DNA of 23,186 bases from Oligoflexus sp. (GTDB lineage Bacteria; Bdellovibrionota_B; Oligoflexia; Oligoflexales; Oligoflexaceae): positions 1 to 23,186 of the forward strand of contig JBGSTX010000067.1 in assembly GCA_041736305.1 (NCBI GenBank), in the 5' to 3' direction. Positions 18,017 to 23,186 of this stretch are shown here, one piece after another. Below the pieces are notes generated by a model. It ran no database searches. It saw nothing but the letters and a program-made list of their open reading frames with translations, and was not told where the DNA came from. A program made the translations under genes and the position numbers. Within the stretch, counting starts at the first letter, position 1, and the number at the start of each line of letters is the position of its first letter.

Positions 18017-20068
18017 ATGAAAAGTAATTTTTTGCAGCGCAGATCGCCCATGATAATCCTGCTTGGCAGCGCAGTTTTCAGCTGCGGCAAGATCAGCAGC
18101 GACGAATCAGTCAGTTATCGGGGTAAGGCTACCGAAACCTTGCGAGCCGCGAGCGCTAACTCCGGCGTTTCACCTCAGTTGAGTCTCAAGGGGAGCCTCC
18201 AAAGCGGTGACGTTACCGGCCAACGTCTTCATCAATTGCGGTCTTATCTCAATCTCGAGTTCGAACACATGGCAGCGCTAGGCTTGAATGGTCAGGAGCA
18301 GCTGGTCTTTAGTATGCTCCTCAGGGACGCGCAAGGCCAAATCGTTTGGGAGAATGAGCAAACAAGTTCCATTCCTGTTGAAGAGCTCAGCTGGACCCCA
18401 AAGGTTAATGGTAAGGAAGGGGAATATACCCTTGAGCTTGAAGTTCGAGCCAAAACCGAAGATGGCAAAAAAACAGTATCGTCCTACAAATCAAGCTTTG
18501 TACTCGACACCACCTTGCCACTCATGGCGATCGAGGCCAAGCTCAGTCCGATTAACGATGAAGGTTTGCGCGATCTTTCGATCGCCACCCAGATTTACAA
18601 TGAAACTCAAGTTCAATGCCTCGATGCCAGCATTTTGCACCCGAGCCTTACCGAGGCCGTTTCGGTTAAACTCAACCCCATTGGGGCGGATGGCCGCATC
18701 GTATTGAATGGTAAAAGCAGCGGTCTCAAGGCTGCGCTTGCCAACGGCAACCTTTTGGTCAAGGTCAACTGTAAAGATGCGGCTGGCAATCAAGCGGAGC
18801 TTACCCAGGCTGCAATCCCGGACGGTGAAAGAGCCATGAGTCTTGCTTTCAAGCTAGATGCCAAGCGAGGGCGTGAACTGGAAGCTAGCGCGAACGCTGA
18901 GCTGCGGGCCTTCCTCAGCACGCCCCAGCTTGATTTTGAATTGAGTCTTTTAGATCCTCAGACTGGATCCGCGCATAGCGAAGCGCTGATTGCTGCAGAG
19001 AAGCAGACGCTTCGGGTCTATGTAACAGATTGGGCTCCCAAAAGCGTTGACGAGCTCCTCAAGAGCAAGACGGTCCTCTGGACTCAGCTCTATGGACCGA
19101 AGATGAAGGTTGCACTGCCCGCTAACTCCCAAGGCCCGCAGACGCTCTATCTTTCGCTATTGCGCCATAACCTGAGCGAGAATAAAACCTCACTGCTGGC
19201 ATCGACCGCGCTACCACTCTATATCGATGGCACGGGCGCTGGGCTCAAGTGGACGTCGGGGCCTGGATTCGCTGCGCCTGTGAAAGATTCGCTGCTAACC
19301 CTTAAGGGTGAAGTGAATATCGCAGGAGCTCCCCTGAGTGAGGCACTTCAGGCTGAGTACACGCTTGACGGCAGCGCATGGAAGGCCCTCCCTCTGATGG
19401 TCAAGTCTCTGCAAGGCGTTCAGGCTGAAGTGCAATTTGCCTATCCCCTCGCCAACGAGCTTCCCTTCCGCGTCCGGCTTAAGGCCCAAGACCTCGCCGG
19501 CAACATTAGCTACTCGCCTTCGAGCTCGCAAATTGTAGCTCGCTCCCAACTACCCTCTTTGGCAGTGAGCGCAGCTGAACGCTCGGCCTGTGTCAGTGGC
19601 TCGACTCCGGGTGCCAAGCTGCGTCCGCTCCTCGTCAGTCGCTATCTCTGCCGCAAGGCGGACGCTCTGGGGCAGCCAGTGGGCAACTCTCATGCGAGCC
19701 TACTTCTTCAGAATTTGGGGCAGGTCGCGCCCCTCTTCTACTCAACCTCACAGATCAGCGAGGGAATGGGCTACAAAGTGATAGGTGATGGCCAGGTCAT
19801 TGCTCTCGGCCGTATGGCGCCTCCTGACCCCTTCAGGCTAAGCAGCTCTGAGCAGCGCCTTTTGCAATTCGCGATCTCGCCTACTTGGCTTTTGGCCAAG
19901 CGCCTTGAAATAGCTTTCGATCTTGAAGAGAGCGACGCCTATTCTACGACAAACAGCTGCTATCCGGCCGAAGCTCCCTATCCGTCTGTGCTCCTGCAAG
20001 ACGTCGATCAGGGTTTAAGTCTGCAGATGAGTCCATTTGCTTGTGATCAAGAGGGGCTCCTGCCGTGA
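18017..20068 (+). CDS. Large lipoprotein with Ig-like repeats
   Basis: VFS-C lipobox; LDTTLP, KDAAGN, QDLAGN motifs; GAGG SD; 28 bp after the upstream gene. Confidence 0.75.
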   Translation: MKSNFLQRRSPMIILLGSAVFSCGKISSDESVSYRGKATETLRAASANSGVSPQLSLKGSLQSGDVTGQRLHQLRSYLNLEFEHMAALGLNGQEQLVFSMLLRDAQGQIVWENEQTSSIPVEELSWTPKVNGKEGEYTLELEVRAKTEDGKKTVSSYKSSFVLDTTLPLMAIEAKLSPINDEGLRDLSIATQIYNETQVQCLDASILHPSLTEAVSVKLNPIGADGRIVLNGKSSGLKAALANGNLLVKVNCKDAAGNQAELTQAAIPDGERAMSLAFKLDAKRGRELEASANAELRAFLSTPQLDFELSLLDPQTGSAHSEALIAAEKQTLRVYVTDWAPKSVDELLKSKTVLWTQLYGPKMKVALPANSQGPQTLYLSLLRHNLSENKTSLLASTALPLYIDGTGAGLKWTSGPGFAAPVKDSLLTLKGEVNIAGAPLSEALQAEYTLDGSAWKALPLMVKSLQGVQAEVQFAYPLANELPFRVRLKAQDLAGNISYSPSSSQIVARSQLPSLAVSAAERSACVSGSTPGAKLRPLLVSRYLCRKADALGQPVGNSHASLLLQNLGQVAPLFYSTSQISEGMGYKVIGDGQVIALGRMAPPDPFRLSSSEQRLLQFAISPTWLLAKRLEIAFDLEESDAYSTTNSCYPAEAPYPSVLLQDVDQGLSLQMSPFACDQEGLLP

Positions 20069-20197
20069 AAATAGCCTCAAAATGAATGCGTTTAGTTTCA
20101 ATTCTCGACGCTCCTTTTTAAAAGGCAAGTTTTAAGCAGTCGTCGAGGATATTTTAACCTATATTTTCCATAATTTACTTAGCTCACACCAAAGTAA

Positions 20198-20225
20198 TAA
20201 TATTCCTGCTACCCGCAGCCGATAA
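20198..20225 (+). promoter_or_regulatory. Sigma28-like promoter
   Basis: TAAT-N16-GCCGATAA upstream of the 20284 start. Confidence 0.45.
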
Positions 20226-20283
20226 GAAAAATGAAAATTATGCGGCGGGCGCATGAGTTCAGATCGATTCAAAGAGGTTTGGT

Positions 20284-21768
20284 GTGACGAAATTTCTGGT
20301 CTGGGGCTTACTTAGCCCACTCTTTTTTCTAGGCACAGGCTGTAAAGAAGATCCCAGCGAGCGGCAGGATACAACTGGAACCTTTGCAGCGGCCAAGGCC
20401 GAGGATTCGAGCGACGAGAATGAAGCGTTTGGCCTCACTGCTCAAGACTGCAGCAATGTCGACCGCATCAATCGGATAACGATTTCGCCCAATGGTTCGC
20501 TCTTCATCAACGATCCCCTAGTGATAAACTCGAACCGCGCAAAGACCGGAGTTTGGAGCTTCGGCTTCCTTCTTCGTGAAATTATGGAGCTACCCGTGCC
20601 GGGCAACGAGCCAGCGAAGCTCAAAGCCGAACAAGATGCGGTTATTCAGTTCCTGGATCAGTTTACTACGCAGACCCCTGTCAACAGCTTTGTTGCACCA
20701 CCCCGCGCCCTAGCGCGCCAGACGCTGCTCGCGACCTGGGGTAAAACAACGGGCAGTGACAATGTACAGTATCTGACTTTCGATAAGGCGCCTTTTAAAC
20801 TCGTAGGTATCACCAACCGCCTGGACATCAGCAAAAAGCGGCGGGAGCACATCACAGCCGGCGAAGGACGCTTCGTCTTCGGCTTTACGGGTGCTACGGG
20901 CATACAGCGAATGACCCTGATTCTCGAATACAATCTTCCTGTCGATGCTGCCAGTCCCACCGCTCGCACAGCATCGCAATGGGTAATGGAGTGGTACCGG
21001 CTGAAAAGGCATCTGCTTGACACCAATGCGTCCAAGGCTGGGGTGCAACCAGCTCAAGAGCTGGGTAGTCTCAATCTAGCAAACCCTGAACAGTATCTTG
21101 CGGCTCTGCAGGCTCTCACCGACAAGTTCACCCTGCGGAATGCGCGGAAGGCTTTCGATAGCGCCGAGACCTGGGTTCCCATCTCGCAGATACGGACCAA
21201 TGAATTTCTTACCGAGCTACGGCCCAATGGAACTATTAGCGCTCCATGGGAGCTGCGCGAGATTAAGCGCTTTCGTACCTACGGGGTGAAGACCTTGCAG
21301 TTGGTGCAGGTCAAAGACAACCCCGATCAGTCTTTTTCGAAAGGAGAAAAAGGCTTCGATGCCTTCATAGAACAAAGGGTTCAGTGTGCGAATCCCAACG
21401 ATCCCAATAGTTGTAGCTATCAGACTGCAGGGGGACAGCTACCCCCCCTGTTCGGCCCCGAAAAGCAGCCTCTCTTGGCTGCTTCAGCCCCAGTGGATTT
21501 CCGTTGGTTTCCGAACTCTCGGAACGTAAAACAGCGCTTCGTAGCGCTCAACACCTGCAGTGGCTGCCACGAGTTCGAGACGAAAACAAGCTTTGTCCAT
21601 GTAAACGAAGTGACGGGTGATCCCTCTGCGTTTATGGTCACCGACATCCAACGCCGCCTTATCAACTTCAAAGCCTTGGTCTGTCTCGCTGCAACCAATA
21701 ACTCTCAGTTGAATCTGGCCACTGAAGGCACGGAAGACCCGATTTTCTCCTCATCCTTTACCCACTGA
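20284..21768 (+). CDS. Lipoprotein with C-terminal CxxCH haem motif (uncharacterised family)
   Basis: GTG-C lipobox; APFKLVGITNRLD, GEGRFVFG, QIRTNE, PWELRE and LNTCSGCH..ET.TSFVHV blocks, recalled from myxobacterial hypothetical lipoproteins. Confidence 0.75.
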   Translation: MTKFLVWGLLSPLFFLGTGCKEDPSERQDTTGTFAAAKAEDSSDENEAFGLTAQDCSNVDRINRITISPNGSLFINDPLVINSNRAKTGVWSFGFLLREIMELPVPGNEPAKLKAEQDAVIQFLDQFTTQTPVNSFVAPPRALARQTLLATWGKTTGSDNVQYLTFDKAPFKLVGITNRLDISKKRREHITAGEGRFVFGFTGATGIQRMTLILEYNLPVDAASPTARTASQWVMEWYRLKRHLLDTNASKAGVQPAQELGSLNLANPEQYLAALQALTDKFTLRNARKAFDSAETWVPISQIRTNEFLTELRPNGTISAPWELREIKRFRTYGVKTLQLVQVKDNPDQSFSKGEKGFDAFIEQRVQCANPNDPNSCSYQTAGGQLPPLFGPEKQPLLAASAPVDFRWFPNSRNVKQRFVALNTCSGCHEFETKTSFVHVNEVTGDPSAFMVTDIQRRLINFKALVCLAATNNSQLNLATEGTEDPIFSSSFTH

Positions 21769-21775
21769 GATTCTT

Positions 21776-21795
21776 GTCAGGCCCTCGGGCCTGGC
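21776..21795. terminator. GC-rich hairpin between convergent genes
   Basis: GTCAGGCC-CTCG-GGCCTGGC, 8 bp after the 21768 stop; weak U-tract. Confidence 0.45.
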
Positions 21796-21818
21796 GTTCT
21801 AATCCAAGATCGCTCCTC

Positions 21819-22625
21819 TTATACCTTACAAAAGCTTCTCCAAAGTGCTGGCCGGCCCAGCTGCGGCGGAATTCGCGTTGAGCTGTCGCCGCGGGCTGCT
21901 GCGAGTTGTGATGCCATGACGAAGATACTCTTGCTGAGGTCTGCACCACATAGATTGGCCCCTCGCAGATCCGCTCCGGTCAAGTCAGCCAAATTTAGAT
22001 CTACGCGGCGGAGATCGGCCTTGAGCAGCAAAGCCCCACGCAAATTAGCACCCCTCAAATCAACGCGACGTAGGTCGGCACCAATCAAATCCGCGCCCCG
22101 GCGATTTAGTTTGCTTCCTGCGGAACTAGCGCGGACTAGTTCACTTGTACGAGTCAGCAGCGCATTAATTTCCTCTCGATATTGTCCAACATCGAGACCG
22201 GCAAGGGCGTGAGGTTCCAAGCGAGTGATCTCGTCGATCTTTGCGAAAGCAGCTCGCAATTCAACCTGCAAGGGGTCATCACCAACAAGTGCAAGACCTG
22301 CATCAAGGTAGTAGAGCAGTTGATGAAGTTGTCGAACGATTCCAAAAACCTCAAACATCAGGGGCGCGCTTGCAGGCTCCTGGGCCCAGCTCTGCCCCTT
22401 GAAAGTTACCTGCGAAACTTTTTGTCCGGCACCGAGACAATCAAAAGCGACACAGCCTGGAAATCCCCGGCGGACTAGGTCTCCATGAATCCCACAGTGA
22501 AAATCAGCCTTTAAGTTGCTACAGGCTTGGCCCGCGCGCTTGTCGATAGCGAAATCGGACGAGCGTGCAAATGCTGTTGCAACGCAGCAAAGTCCAAAAC
22601 AGCGGCTGCAATCCGAGCTCAACAC
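21819..22625 (-). CDS. Pentapeptide-repeat protein with Cys-rich N-terminal domain
   Basis: DCSRCFGLCCVA..C.NL..HCGIH..GCVAFDCLGAGQKVSQ; C-terminal GADLI/GADLR/RVDLR/GANLR repeats; GTG start with GGAGAG SD. Confidence 0.9.
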   Translation of the reverse strand: MLSSDCSRCFGLCCVATAFARSSDFAIDKRAGQACSNLKADFHCGIHGDLVRRGFPGCVAFDCLGAGQKVSQVTFKGQSWAQEPASAPLMFEVFGIVRQLHQLLYYLDAGLALVGDDPLQVELRAAFAKIDEITRLEPHALAGLDVGQYREEINALLTRTSELVRASSAGSKLNRRGADLIGADLRRVDLRGANLRGALLLKADLRRVDLNLADLTGADLRGANLCGADLSKSIFVMASQLAAARGDSSTRIPPQLGRPALWRSFCKV

Positions 22626-22697
22626 AAGTATGTCTCTCCGTACTGGACTAGGTGTTTGACTTTGACGATATACCTCACTTGCACTGCCATACGCAGA

Positions 22698-23047
22698 TCA
22701 GCCGGTATTCCGCAAGCCACCTGCGATGGCGTTGATCGTCAGCAGCAAAGCCTCGAGGCTGGATTCTCGCTCTGGACTGTTTTCTGCTAGGCTTCGCCAG
22801 CTCCGCAACTGCTCAATCTGCAGCTTATGAAGGAGCACGAGACTCCTTTCGCGCAATTGAATCGTCTTCACCACGTGAGGACGCCTCGCTTGAACCGTAG
22901 CTCCGAAAATCTCGACCAGCATCTGCCGCGTGCGACGAAATTCTAGAAGGATCGGTTCCATGAAGAGTTTGCGCAGCGCGGGATCGGTGACGAGCTCTGC
23001 ATAGGCGCTCATCTGATTTTCACTGGCAGATTCTACCGTTGTTTCGT
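22698..23047 (-). pseudogene. ppc: Phosphoenolpyruvate carboxylase 3' fragment
   Basis: Ends in LLLTINAIAGGLRNTG (PEPC C-terminal RNTG signature). Similarity fades upstream of ETTVESAS; in-frame TAA at 23076-23078; PEPC is normally about 900 aa. Confidence 0.75.
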
Positions 23048-23186
23048 ACGTCGTCGAGTAAGCACACCTGAGGCTTTACCTCAATTTTGCACCTTGGCTT
23101 TTTGATCTTACAACCATCCCTCCTGAATCCCTTGCCACTTCCTGGATAGCTGTTAGTAGGCTGCAGGCCTTGATTGGTAGGTTTTG

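Noticed and set aside
20102-20149. Inverted repeat TTCTCGACG/CGTCGAGGA with inner CCTTTTTAAAAGG
   Set aside because: Could be a terminator or operator, but it is loose and seen only once.

Overview
Bacterial window rich in secreted lipoproteins. Gene content and sigma28-like promoters suggest an Oligoflexia/Bdellovibrionota- or myxobacteria-like host; this is inference, as no marker gene is present. Left to right: two minus-strand lipoproteins (one missed by the ORF track and carrying an atypical CX4CH haem motif), a YdjM-like membrane metal-dependent hydrolase, and a TM0106-family nuclease/RNase H-like/SF1 helicase fusion. Next is an accessory block: a lipoprotein polymorphic toxin (pre-toxin TG-like motif plus C-terminal barnase) with barstar immunity, an IS3 remnant, and a Phd/YefM-PIN TA pair with a clear promoter/operator. 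Then a di-haem protein + lipoprotein + Tat/DUF1501-like operon, an aldo/keto reductase, two large Ig-like lipoproteins, a CxxCH lipoprotein, a Cys-rich pentapeptide-repeat gene and a truncated ppc 3' fragment. Best novel-system candidate: the lipoprotein-anchored barnase toxin/barstar pair. Oddest DNA-level signal: a 35-bp, 34/35-identical patch of the pentapeptide gene sitting exactly at the IS3 truncation point, 12.7 kb from its source. All family calls come from motif recognition; no searches were run.
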